A stretch of DNA of 63,261 nt from an uncultured Gemmatimonadota bacterium (GTDB lineage Bacteria > GCA-2686955). Numbering within the stretch: the first letter of the stretch is position 1; every line of letters starts with the position of its first letter. Below the pieces are notes generated by a model. The model was not told where the DNA came from. It saw only the letters and a list, made by a program, of their open reading frames with translations, and ran no database searches. The DNA lies in assembly GCA_964490075.1 (NCBI GenBank), contig CAZBBK010000032.1:1-63261 (forward strand). The letters are read 5' to 3'. This document shows, one piece after another, positions 20,745 to 29,571 of this stretch. The position numbers were made by a program, and so were the translations under genes.

Positions 20745-23104
20745 CGCGTCTCCAGGCGGATCGGAGCCAGCAGCCGGAAGTTCTCGGGGTTGGTCCAATA
20801 GCTCGGGTCGATCGGCTGAGCGGTGGAGCTGACCTGGCGCACCAGCTCGGCGACTCCGCCGCGCTGGGGCAGGAACTCGATCCGATAGTAGCCCTCGATG
20901 CCGGCCAGGCGCGCGGCGTGGTCCAGGGCCTCGTCCAGTCCGCCGATCTCGTCGATCAACCCAAGCTCGGCGGCCATCACCCCGCTGTAGACCCGCCCTT
21001 GCCCCAAGGAATCGACCTCGGCGACCGGCAGCTCTCTGCCCTCGGCCACGCGCTGGACGAAGGTCTCGTAGAAGCGCCGGTTGGAGTCGCGCAGCAGAGC
21101 GCGTTGGGCGTCGGTGAAGGGACTGTAGTCGGAGTAGAACGAGGCGTTGCGGCCGGTGTCGATCCGCTCCTTGTGCAGGCCCAGTTTCTGGTAGAGGTCG
21201 CGCAGCACGAACTTGCCGGCGTAGATTCCGATCGAGCCGATGACGGCGGAGGGGTTGGAGACGATGTGGTCGGCTCCGGCCATGATGTAGTAGCCGCCGC
21301 TGGCGGCCACGCTCGCCACCGACGCGACCAGTGGCTTGCCCGCCTCGCTCAGACGATCGACCTCGGCGGCGATGGTCGCGGCGGCGAGAGCCGATCCGCC
21401 GGGGCTGTCGATGCGCAGCACCACCGCGCCGATCTCGGGGTCCTTGCGGGCTTCGGCCAGGGCCCGCGCCAGGGTCCGGGCTCCCAGCAGATGGGTGCTC
21501 GAGATCAGGTCGTCGCGGCTCTCTCCCTGCACCATGTTGCCGTCCGCCACCACCACCGCGACGACCGGATCGGGGGCCGACCAGCGCCGGCCCGCGTAGC
21601 GCCGCGCCGCCACGTCGACCGTCTCGCCCTCGCCCGGACCGTGTCCGCCCAGGCGCCGCGCCTCCTCGATGGCGTGGGTGCGATCGCCGAGGTCGTCGAC
21701 CAGGCCGCTCTCCAGCGCGGCGCCGGCTGCGATGAAGCCGTCGCTGACCGCGGCTTCCAGGATCTCGGCACCGAGACCCCGCGAGTCCGCGATCTCCTCC
21801 AGCATGCGAGCGTCGACATCGCCGAGCAGGGTGCGGAGCTGCTCCCGAAAGGGCTCCGACATGGCGCAACCGGTGTAGCTCTCCACCGCCGACTTGTAGG
21901 GACCGATGCGCTCGAAGTCGGCCTCGACCCCGAACTTCTCGAAGGCTCCGCCGTAGAAGAGCACTTCGGCCGCCATCCCCGGCAGCTCCACGGTCACGGT
22001 GGGGGGCACGATCACCAGGTCGGCGGCGCTCGCCAGGTAGTAGGAAGAGCGGCCGGGAGCCTGCAGGTAGGCGATCACCGGCTTGTCGAGCTCGCAGATC
22101 GATGCGATCTGCTCGCGCAGCTCCTGGAGCGCGCCCAAGCCCATGCGGAAGGCGCCGATGTCGAGGTAGACGGCACAGATCTGGGAATCCGACGCCGCCG
22201 AATCGAGAGCGCTGACGAGGTCGTGGAAAGAGGACTGATCGGAATCGGGCAACCAGATCCGGTCGGGGCGCCGCTCGCCGATGGTGCCGCGGATGGCGAT
22301 CTCGGCGACCTCTCCTCCCCGACGCGGATAGAGCGGCGCCCAGTGGCGGGCGTCGAGCCGCCACAGCACCGTGCCGCCATCGCTGCGCAGTCCCCCGTCC
22401 CCCCCGCCCTCCGCCAACGCGCCGAGGGAGATGTGGGCGCCGTTGAGCTGAAGCTGAATCCGGCTCTCTTCGCCGTTCCAGGCAACACGCACTCGCGCGC
22501 CGGTGATCGGCTCCAGCGAGGCTCCGATCAGGTGCTCGACCTCGTCCTCGCCGCCGCCGCGCCGCCAGATCAGATCGGTGAAGAGCTCCAGCCGGGGATT
22601 CGCCAGCGGCCGGACCGCCAGCCCGCCGCGGCCCCCCGGCAGGCCGTCGAAGACCGACCAGCCGGTTGCGCCGATCGAGAGCAGCGCGCTGGGGCGCAGC
22701 AGGAAGCCGAGGTCCAGGCCCGGCGCGACGGGGGCCGATCCGGCTCCGTCTCCCCAGCGATAGCCGATCCCCCAGGCCAGCGTGCGCGGCGAGCCGAAGC
22801 CATGGCCCCAGGCGTAGCCGCGCTCGGCGCCGTCGCCATGCTGAGAGAAGGCCCATCCTCCGAGCAGGCCGGCGTTGGCGCGCAGCGCGAGCTGGCCGGC
22901 GTGGCTTCCCATGCCGAACGAGCCTTCCAGGCTCAGGCCACGACCGGCGGCCAAGGCGGCGGGATTGAGGCCCACCGCCCCCGCGTCGTCATCGATCGCC
23001 ACCGAGGCGATGCGATCGTCGTCGATCCAGATCCCGGCCGCGGCGCCCGAGGCGATCGCCAGGGCGATGCAGAAGCCTGCGCCCCGCCGCAAGGCGCCGA
23101 TCAC
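20741..23104 (-). CDS. sppA: Signal peptide peptidase SppA, long form
   Basis: GPYKSA, RIDSPGG, AASGGY, GSIGI. Confidence 0.92.
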   Translation of the reverse strand: MIGALRRGAGFCIALAIASGAAAGIWIDDDRIASVAIDDDAGAVGLNPAALAAGRGLSLEGSFGMGSHAGQLALRANAGLLGGWAFSQHGDGAERGYAWGHGFGSPRTLAWGIGYRWGDGAGSAPVAPGLDLGFLLRPSALLSIGATGWSVFDGLPGGRGGLAVRPLANPRLELFTDLIWRRGGGEDEVEHLIGASLEPITGARVRVAWNGEESRIQLQLNGAHISLGALAEGGGDGGLRSDGGTVLWRLDARHWAPLYPRRGGEVAEIAIRGTIGERRPDRIWLPDSDQSSFHDLVSALDSAASDSQICAVYLDIGAFRMGLGALQELREQIASICELDKPVIAYLQAPGRSSYYLASAADLVIVPPTVTVELPGMAAEVLFYGGAFEKFGVEADFERIGPYKSAVESYTGCAMSEPFREQLRTLLGDVDARMLEEIADSRGLGAEILEAAVSDGFIAAGAALESGLVDDLGDRTHAIEEARRLGGHGPGEGETVDVAARRYAGRRWSAPDPVVAVVVADGNMVQGESRDDLISSTHLLGARTLARALAEARKDPEIGAVVLRIDSPGGSALAAATIAAEVDRLSEAGKPLVASVASVAASGGYYIMAGADHIVSNPSAVIGSIGIYAGKFVLRDLYQKLGLHKERIDTGRNASFYSDYSPFTDAQRALLRDSNRRFYETFVQRVAEGRELPVAEVDSLGQGRVYSGVMAAELGLIDEIGGLDEALDHAARLAGIEGYYRIEFLPQRGGVAELVRQVSSTAQPIDPSYWTNPENFRLLAPIRLETR

Positions 23105-24102
23105 CCGCTTCCGCCGCTCACCAGATCGGTCGCCAGCACCTCGACCCGGGCCTCGGCGCGCAGCCCCTTGAGCCAGCGATCCCTCTGAATCCTCTTCCTT
23201 TGCTCGCCGAGCTGCTGGCGGATCATCTCCTCGGCATCGGCATAGCTGAGCTCGCGTGCGTCCTGACGTGCCTCGACTCGCAGCAGGTGATAGCCGAAGC
23301 GGCTGTCGACCACCGGGGAAAGCTCGCCGATCGGCAGCTCCCGCACCGCTTCCTGCAGCGGCGGCACCAGCTCGGCCAGCGTGAGATCGCCGACCACGCC
23401 GTCGAGCGAGGCGCCGCCGTCGGTCGAAAGCTCGCGGGCCAGCTCGGCGAAGTCGGTGCCGGCGACGATCTTCTCACGCGCCTGCTCGAGCGCGCCGCGC
23501 GCCGCCGCCCGTTGCTCGTCGTCGGCACCCTTGGGCACACCCACGGCGATCTGCCGCAGTCGCATCGACTCGGCGCGCCTGAACTCGATCGGATTGGCAT
23601 CGTAGTAGGCGCGCGCCTGCTCGTCGCTGATCGCCTCGCCGCCGCTCAGCTCGGTCTCCACGTACTTCTGGATCATCAGCTCGCGCCGCAGGTTCTCGCG
23701 GAAGTTGGCCTCGGTCAGACCGCGCGCCTCCAGCGCCTCTTCGAACTCGCTGCGGCTGGCGTGACGCGCCCGCGAGAACGACAGCTCCAGCTCGATCTCG
23801 TCCTCGGTCACGGCGGCACCGGCCTCGACGGCGGCGCCGTACATCAACAACTGGGCGATCATGCTCTCCAGCACCGCCTTGCCCGCCTGTTTGCGCAGCG
23901 CCTCGGGCACCTTCGACAGATCGCTGCCGGCCTGGTTCTGGATCAGCAGCGAGGTCATCCGCTGCTCGAACTCCTGCTTGAGCAAGGGGGTGCCGTTGAC
24001 GCGCGCGACGGCTTCTCCGCCCTCGCTGCCGCCGCACCCGGCGGCGATCATTGCACCCGTCGCGAGACCGGCCAGCCAGCCGCTCCATCGCCGTTTCGTC
24101 AT
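23101..24102 (-). CDS. SurA/PrsA-type peptidyl-prolyl isomerase lipoprotein
   Basis: Lipobox AAGC, FAELARELS, SRFGYHL. Confidence 0.88.
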   Translation of the reverse strand: MTKRRWSGWLAGLATGAMIAAGCGGSEGGEAVARVNGTPLLKQEFEQRMTSLLIQNQAGSDLSKVPEALRKQAGKAVLESMIAQLLMYGAAVEAGAAVTEDEIELELSFSRARHASRSEFEEALEARGLTEANFRENLRRELMIQKYVETELSGGEAISDEQARAYYDANPIEFRRAESMRLRQIAVGVPKGADDEQRAAARGALEQAREKIVAGTDFAELARELSTDGGASLDGVVGDLTLAELVPPLQEAVRELPIGELSPVVDSRFGYHLLRVEARQDARELSYADAEEMIRQQLGEQRKRIQRDRWLKGLRAEARVEVLATDLVSGGSG

Positions 24103-24148
24103 TGGTGTTCTCCGTTCAGTCCAAGTCAGCGCCGCGGCGCTCGTTCGA

Positions 24149-25588
24149 TCAGTGATTGCTCGGCGCTCCGGCCGCCGCTGCCAGGCGCAGGTAGTCGAGT
24201 CCCACGTGGGGATGGGCGCCCTCTCCCGCGGCGCTGATCCGCAATCGCAGCGGGGTCTCGCGGTCGGCGACGCGCACCCCTTCCATCACCCTGCGCTCGG
24301 TCTTCGGCCGCGAACCGGGCGCCGCGGCGAGCAGAAGGGTGTCGCGATCACTGCCCTCGATCGACGCGCGCGCCGCACCGTATCCGAATCCGACCGTGTA
24401 GACCAAGTGCAGATCGTACCTGCCCGGCGCGACCCGCGGCAGCTCCAGCACCACGAAGTCGCCGGCCGCGTCGGCCAGGAAGAGCAGCTGCCGATTGCCG
24501 CTCCAGTCGCTGCCCAGCAGAGTCGTGATGTCGGCCACGCAGCGATCGCCGCTGGAGTAGAGGGGCGGCAGCAGGTCCTCGCACTCGATCGCGTCGGTGG
24601 CGCGCGGCGTTCTCGGCGGACGCGAAACATAGCTGGCCGGCGACCGCCCGGCGGGATCGACCTGATACCAGAAGGCGGTGCCGAGAATCGCCGGGGCCGG
24701 CCCGGCGGCGAGCTGGTGCTCCAGCACCAGGGCCAGCGAACGCTGGAAGAGCACCCCGGAACGATCGTGCCAGCGGTAGGCGACCGCCAGGTCGTCGGCC
24801 AGCCAGCGCATGCCGGATCCGGGCGAGATCCAGGAGCTGCGCTCCCGGTAGCCGCCACCGCCGAAGAAGGTCGGCAGGTTCAGCGAGCCGAGGGTGCGGG
24901 ACGGGTCGTGGTCGATCACCAGCGACAGTCTACACGCCTCGGCTTCGCCGCCCCGGACCACGACCGTGGTCCCGACATAGCGGCCGGCGCCGTCGATCTC
25001 GAATCGGTCGAGCTCGTCTCCCTCCGAGTGGAGGAAGTGCCGGGCGTGCAGGTGCTCGACATCGCGACCCAGGGCGAATCCGCTTTCGACGTCGACCTCC
25101 CACGCCACGTCGCTGAGCTCGGCCTCTCCCACGTTGCGCAACCTCAGCTCGGCGCTGGTGGCGAAGGGCATGGCCAGGCGCAGCGACATCCCGCCGGCGG
25201 CCCAGTCGGTGTGCTCGGTGGCGAGCGCGGGGCTGTCGGCGGCGCCGATGGCGAAGAGCGCCGAGAGCGGCGCCGCGATGGCGGGGTTGTCGGCATCGTC
25301 CCAGCGCGCCTCGAGCACCACCTTGTCGAGGTAATCGGTGTCGTGGGAACGGGCGCGGATCCACAGCCGGCGGATCACCCCCGCGCCCCGCTCGCTCCAC
25401 AAAAGGGTGTCCCCACCGGCCGGCAGCGTGGAGGTCGCCGCCACGGCGCCAGCGAAGCGACGCAGGACCGGCTCGGGAGCCGACCCCAGGCGCACCGAAG
25501 TGCAGCCGGCCGAGAGCAGCAAGAGCAGCGCCAGCGCGCACGGCGCCGGCGGCGGAGCTCCTGGCCTGGGGGTTTTCGAGAATTTCAT
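24149..25588 (-). CDS. DUF2961-like lipoprotein
   Basis: Lipobox SAGC, GAGVIRRLW, MPF, AYRWH, AFWYQ. Confidence 0.7.
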   Translation of the reverse strand: MKFSKTPRPGAPPPAPCALALLLLLSAGCTSVRLGSAPEPVLRRFAGAVAATSTLPAGGDTLLWSERGAGVIRRLWIRARSHDTDYLDKVVLEARWDDADNPAIAAPLSALFAIGAADSPALATEHTDWAAGGMSLRLAMPFATSAELRLRNVGEAELSDVAWEVDVESGFALGRDVEHLHARHFLHSEGDELDRFEIDGAGRYVGTTVVVRGGEAEACRLSLVIDHDPSRTLGSLNLPTFFGGGGYRERSSWISPGSGMRWLADDLAVAYRWHDRSGVLFQRSLALVLEHQLAAGPAPAILGTAFWYQVDPAGRSPASYVSRPPRTPRATDAIECEDLLPPLYSSGDRCVADITTLLGSDWSGNRQLLFLADAAGDFVVLELPRVAPGRYDLHLVYTVGFGYGAARASIEGSDRDTLLLAAAPGSRPKTERRVMEGVRVADRETPLRLRISAAGEGAHPHVGLDYLRLAAAAGAPSNH

Positions 25589-25723
25589 CGAGCGAGCCGG
25601 GGCGACTTCCGATTCCATCGCGAACGCGGCAAGCGAGTATCCTACCCGCTCGAACCACTCGGTGCGCGACCGCCGCGCCGACCCGTCCACTCTCGCGGCC
25701 GCGCGAGGCGATCCCGGGAAGCG

Positions 25724-26491
25724 ATGCAGGCCCAAACGATCGGATTCCTGAACGAGAAGGGCGGCAGCTGCAAGACCACGCTGACGGTGCACACCGGCGC
25801 CCACCTGGCGCGCGCGTACGGGCTGCGGGTCCTGCTGATCGACCTCGACCCCCAGGGGCAGGTCGGCAAGTCGCTGGGCCTCGACGTCGCCGACCTCGAC
25901 GACTCCACCCTGGACTGGCTGACGCGCGCCGACCTGGCCGACCGCGGCGTCATCCAGCAGACCGACATCGAGTGTCTCGACGTGTTGCCGGCCAATAAGT
26001 CGTTGGTCGACTTCCCTCTGATCGTCGCCGACGCGCCCGACCGCTACGTGCGGCTGCTGAAGCGGATTCGCAAGCTCGAGGGTTACGACGTCGTGCTCTG
26101 CGACGCCCCGCCCTCGCTCGGGCTGCACACCGTGAACATCCTGATGGCGGTCGACGCGGTGGTCGTACCGGTCAACTGCACCTACCTGGCGCTGGACGGT
26201 TGCGCCGAGATCGTCGAGTCGGTGGCGCGGGTGCGCGAGCACATGGGCAACGAGACCCTCGAGGTGCGCGCCGTGATCCCCACGCTCTATCGGCGCAGCC
26301 GCCTGGCCGACGAGATCGTCGCGCGACTGACCCGGCAGTTCGGCGAAGGCATCTGCTCGGTGCTTCGTTACGATGTGAAGATCGACGAGGCACAGAGCCA
26401 CGGCAAGACGGTCTTCGACTATGCGCCGCGGTCGCGCGGCGCGCAGATGCTGACCGCCATCGCCGAGGAGGTTTGGCAGCGTGTCGGATAG
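25724..26491 (+). CDS. parA: ParA/Soj family ATPase
   Basis: NEKGGSCKTT, DLDPQG, DAPPSLG. Confidence 0.92.
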   Translation: MQAQTIGFLNEKGGSCKTTLTVHTGAHLARAYGLRVLLIDLDPQGQVGKSLGLDVADLDDSTLDWLTRADLADRGVIQQTDIECLDVLPANKSLVDFPLIVADAPDRYVRLLKRIRKLEGYDVVLCDAPPSLGLHTVNILMAVDAVVVPVNCTYLALDGCAEIVESVARVREHMGNETLEVRAVIPTLYRRSRLADEIVARLTRQFGEGICSVLRYDVKIDEAQSHGKTVFDYAPRSRGAQMLTAIAEEVWQRVG

Positions 26492-27824
26492 TGTGCTCGG
26501 GCACGACCCCTTCAGCGAGAAGCGGACCAAGAAGCGCGCCAAGGGCGGCGCCAAGTCCCGCCCGGTCGACGGCAAGGCCGCCCCCCCGCCGCCCCCTGCC
26601 CCCGCGCCGTCCCCGTCCCCACCCCCTGCCCCCGACAACGGAGCCCCCTCCGCCCCCTCGGAGCTGGGCGCCCAGGCCGCGCCGGGCCCGCCGCCCGCCG
26701 CCAGCGCCGCCCGCGAGCGCTCGGAGGAATCGCAGCGTCGCGAGATGGAGGAGATCCTGCGCACGGCGCTGCGCTCCATGGAGCAGGAGCTGCGCGCCGG
26801 CGTCGACGAGCAGCGCCTGCGCGACGTCCTCGCATGCGCCGTTCGCGAGGCCACCGGCGAGCAGCCGAAAGGGTCGACGCCGCTCGACCTGATGGGCGGC
26901 ATGGCGGCGAAGCTGGTCCAGGGACTGGCCGTGCCGCGGGTGCAAGCGGTTCTCGAGAGCGTCGATCCCTTGCGCGTGGCCGAGGCACTGCGCGTCGGCG
27001 CCGATATCGCCCAGGCGTTGCTCGGTCCGCTGCACCCCACCCACATGGCCCAGGTCGACGAGTTCGGGTTCGACGAAGGATTCACCGATCGCCTACTGCC
27101 GATCTTCGAGTTTCTGTTCACCACCTACTGGCGCTGCGATCTGCACGGCGTGGAAAACGTGCCGGCCCAGGGGCGCGGTCTGATCGTCGCCAACCACTCC
27201 GGGGTGATTCCCTGGGACGCCACCATGCTCTTCACCGGCATTCGGCGCCACCACCCGCAGCGCCGCCACCTGCGCTGCCTGATGCTCGATCTGTTCGCGA
27301 CCCTGCCCTTCGTCGGCACCCTCTTCACGCGTCTCGGGCAGATCCGCGCCTGCCCGGAGAACGGCCAGCAGCTCCTGGAGCGCGACCACCTGGTCGGTGT
27401 CTTCCCCGAGGGGTTGAAAGGGATCGGAAAGCTCTTCTCGGAGCGCTACCGCCTGCAACGCTTCGGGCGTGGCGGCTACGTGCGGCTGGCGATGCGCGCC
27501 CGCGCACCGATCGTGCCGACCGCGGTGGTGGGCGGCGAAGAGATCTACCCGCTCTTCTTCCGCGCCGACTGGCTGGCCCGGCTCTTCAACTTCCCCTACT
27601 TCCCGATCACCCTCACCTTTCCCTGGCTGGGCCTCCTGGGGGTGATTCCCCTGCCCTCGAAGTGGGTGATCCTGATCGGCTCGCCGATCGACGTGTCGGA
27701 GTATTCGCCTGGCGACGCCGACGACGACCTGGTGGTGAACGATCTTTCCGATCGGATCAAGGAGCAGATCCAGGACATGCTCTTCACGGGGCTGAAAGAG
27801 CGCCGCAGCGCCTTTCTGGGATAG
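26481..27824 (+). CDS. Lysophospholipid acyltransferase family protein with a long N-terminal extension
   Basis: NHSGVIPWD and FPEG motifs; basic, Pro-rich N-terminus. Confidence 0.88.
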   Translation: MSDSVLGHDPFSEKRTKKRAKGGAKSRPVDGKAAPPPPPAPAPSPSPPPAPDNGAPSAPSELGAQAAPGPPPAASAARERSEESQRREMEEILRTALRSMEQELRAGVDEQRLRDVLACAVREATGEQPKGSTPLDLMGGMAAKLVQGLAVPRVQAVLESVDPLRVAEALRVGADIAQALLGPLHPTHMAQVDEFGFDEGFTDRLLPIFEFLFTTYWRCDLHGVENVPAQGRGLIVANHSGVIPWDATMLFTGIRRHHPQRRHLRCLMLDLFATLPFVGTLFTRLGQIRACPENGQQLLERDHLVGVFPEGLKGIGKLFSERYRLQRFGRGGYVRLAMRARAPIVPTAVVGGEEIYPLFFRADWLARLFNFPYFPITLTFPWLGLLGVIPLPSKWVILIGSPIDVSEYSPGDADDDLVVNDLSDRIKEQIQDMLFTGLKERRSAFLG

Positions 27825-27840
27825 GGTCCGCGGTACACCA

Positions 27841-27872
27841 AAGGCCCCGCGGCATGGTGACCGCGGGGCCTT
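27841..27872. terminator. Hairpin between convergent genes
   Basis: AAGGCCCCGCGG...CCGCGGGGCCTT. Confidence 0.75.
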
Positions 27873-27901
27873 CCCCAGCACGCTCCGCTTGGCGTGTCGT
27901 G

Positions 27902-28633
27902 TCAGTCGGTGCTCGGGGTGCTCGGCTCGTCGGCCGGAGCGGGGGCGGCCGGAGTCTCGGTCTTCTTGGCGGCGGGCTTGGGCGCGGCCTTCTTCTTGGG
28001 CGCGGCGGCGGGCTTCGGTGCCGTCTTCTTCTTCGGCGTGGCGGCGCGCGCGCGGGCCTTCTTCAGCGCATCCAGCCGGGCGCCCAGCTCTTCCACGCGC
28101 TCCTCGAGCCCGTGGAATTCCTTCTGAGAGGCCGGGAAAAAGCTCGGCAGCGCGCCCAGCACCCGGTCGATTCCCTCCATCGCCTCGCCGCGCACCTGGT
28201 CGACCCGTTCGACCACTCCCTCGGCTGACTTGCGGACGTCGGCGACGGCGCCTTCGGCGGTTTTGCGGACGTCGGAGACTGCGTCCGCGGTCGTCTTGCG
28301 AACGTCGCTCACCGTGTCTTCGGCGCTTTTGCGAAGGTCGTCGACCGAGGGCACATGCGGCGTCTCGATGTCCAGCTGAAGCTCGCGGGGGAGGCGATCG
28401 AAGAGCTTGCGAAGGCGCACGATATGCTCGTTCTCGCTGCTCTCGCCGCGCTCGATCAAGAGGCGCGGCAGGTCGGCGGTGGCGTCCAGGCCGCCGAGCC
28501 CGGCCAGGAGCACGTCGTGGGTCAGGTCGAGGGCGTTGCCGATGTGCCCCTGGATCGTCTTGCGCGCCTCGTCGGCGGTCTCGCGGGCGGCGTCGAAGCC
28601 CTTCTTGGCGTTGTCGGTGAGCACGATATTCAT
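27902..28633 (-). CDS. Phasin (PhaF-like) granule-associated protein
   Basis: VLLAGLG motif, 11-aa DVRKxAE repeats, Lys/Ala/Pro histone-like tail. Confidence 0.7.
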   Translation of the reverse strand: MNIVLTDNAKKGFDAARETADEARKTIQGHIGNALDLTHDVLLAGLGGLDATADLPRLLIERGESSENEHIVRLRKLFDRLPRELQLDIETPHVPSVDDLRKSAEDTVSDVRKTTADAVSDVRKTAEGAVADVRKSAEGVVERVDQVRGEAMEGIDRVLGALPSFFPASQKEFHGLEERVEELGARLDALKKARARAATPKKKTAPKPAAAPKKKAAPKPAAKKTETPAAPAPADEPSTPSTD

Positions 28634-28670
28634 GGCGAATTCTCCTCTTGGGAAGTGCTGACTCGGAGGG

Positions 28671-29219
28671 TCAGGAAAGCTGGCTGATCTTGGCGTTGAG
28701 CTCTTCGATCTTCTCGTCGAGCTTGTCGATGTCGGCGCGGGTGGCGACCGAGCGCTCCTTCAGGAACTCCTGAAAGCGCTCCTCCACGTGGCGCAGCAGA
28801 CGCTGGTCGCGGAGGTTCAGGAAGCCGAGCAGCTCCTTGACCACCACCGGGCCGTTGGTGGCATCGCGCCCCAGGTCGCCGATGCGCGAGAGCACCTTTT
28901 TTCCTTCTTCGAGCTCGTCGCTGAAGCGGTCGGAGCCGGCCTTGATCGAACGCTTGACCGCATCGACGATCGGCTCCGAGCGGCGCTGGATCTCCTGGCG
29001 CAGGAAGACCGGCGTGAAGGCGTCCTTGGCCGTCTTCTCCTGCGTCATGATGATCTTCGACAGGTAGATGGCGGTGACGTCTTCCTGGGTCTCGTTGTCG
29101 ACGATCTGGATGTCGACCTCGTCGCGGACCAGTTTCTCGATGTCGTCGAGATTGACGTAGCGGCTGGTCTCGGTGTCGTAGCACTTGCGGTTCGAGTAGC
29201 GCTTGATCACACGCGGCAT
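28671..29219 (-). CDS. phaR: PHA synthesis regulator PhaR-like DNA-binding protein
   Basis: IKRYSNRKCYDTETSRYVNL. Confidence 0.85.
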   Translation of the reverse strand: MPRVIKRYSNRKCYDTETSRYVNLDDIEKLVRDEVDIQIVDNETQEDVTAIYLSKIIMTQEKTAKDAFTPVFLRQEIQRRSEPIVDAVKRSIKAGSDRFSDELEEGKKVLSRIGDLGRDATNGPVVVKELLGFLNLRDQRLLRHVEERFQEFLKERSVATRADIDKLDEKIEELNAKISQLS

Positions 29220-29285
29220 CGCGGTGTTCCTCCTGGCCGGCGCCGAAGGGAGCAGGCGGCCGGACCTGTGAGCGGGTTTAGGCGG

Positions 29286-29336
29286 AATCTAACGCAGCGT
29301 GTCAGGTGCGTCAATCGTTTTTGACGCGATGCGTCA
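29286..29336 (-). promoter_or_regulatory. Sigma70 promoter with overlapping inverted repeats
   Basis: Minus-strand TTGACG-N17-TAGATT; TGACGC-GAT-GCGTCA palindrome at 29322-29336. Confidence 0.65.
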
Positions 29337-29571
29337 TTCGGGGTGGGGCGGGTGGTGGGGCAGGTGCGGTTCTTCGCCGATCTCGGTGTCCCAAGACGCG
29401 GAACTGAGCGCGCTCAGGCGAAGATTTTGACCAGAAAGCGACCACTGCCGCTCTCTGGCCCAGCTCAGTCGCCCGGATTGACCGCCGAGCTGCCAGGAAG
29501 CCGCGCTGAGTCGGCTCAGGGGGGTGGTTCCGCCCCACCGTCCCCAGTCTTCGCTTGCCGGGCGCTCCCCC

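Noticed and set aside
19650-27124. Very long Arg/Pro-rich overlapping ORFs (e.g. 20492-23188 and the extensions of 19650-22856 and 24149-27124)
   Set aside because: Shadow frames typical of high-GC DNA, overlapping recognisable genes
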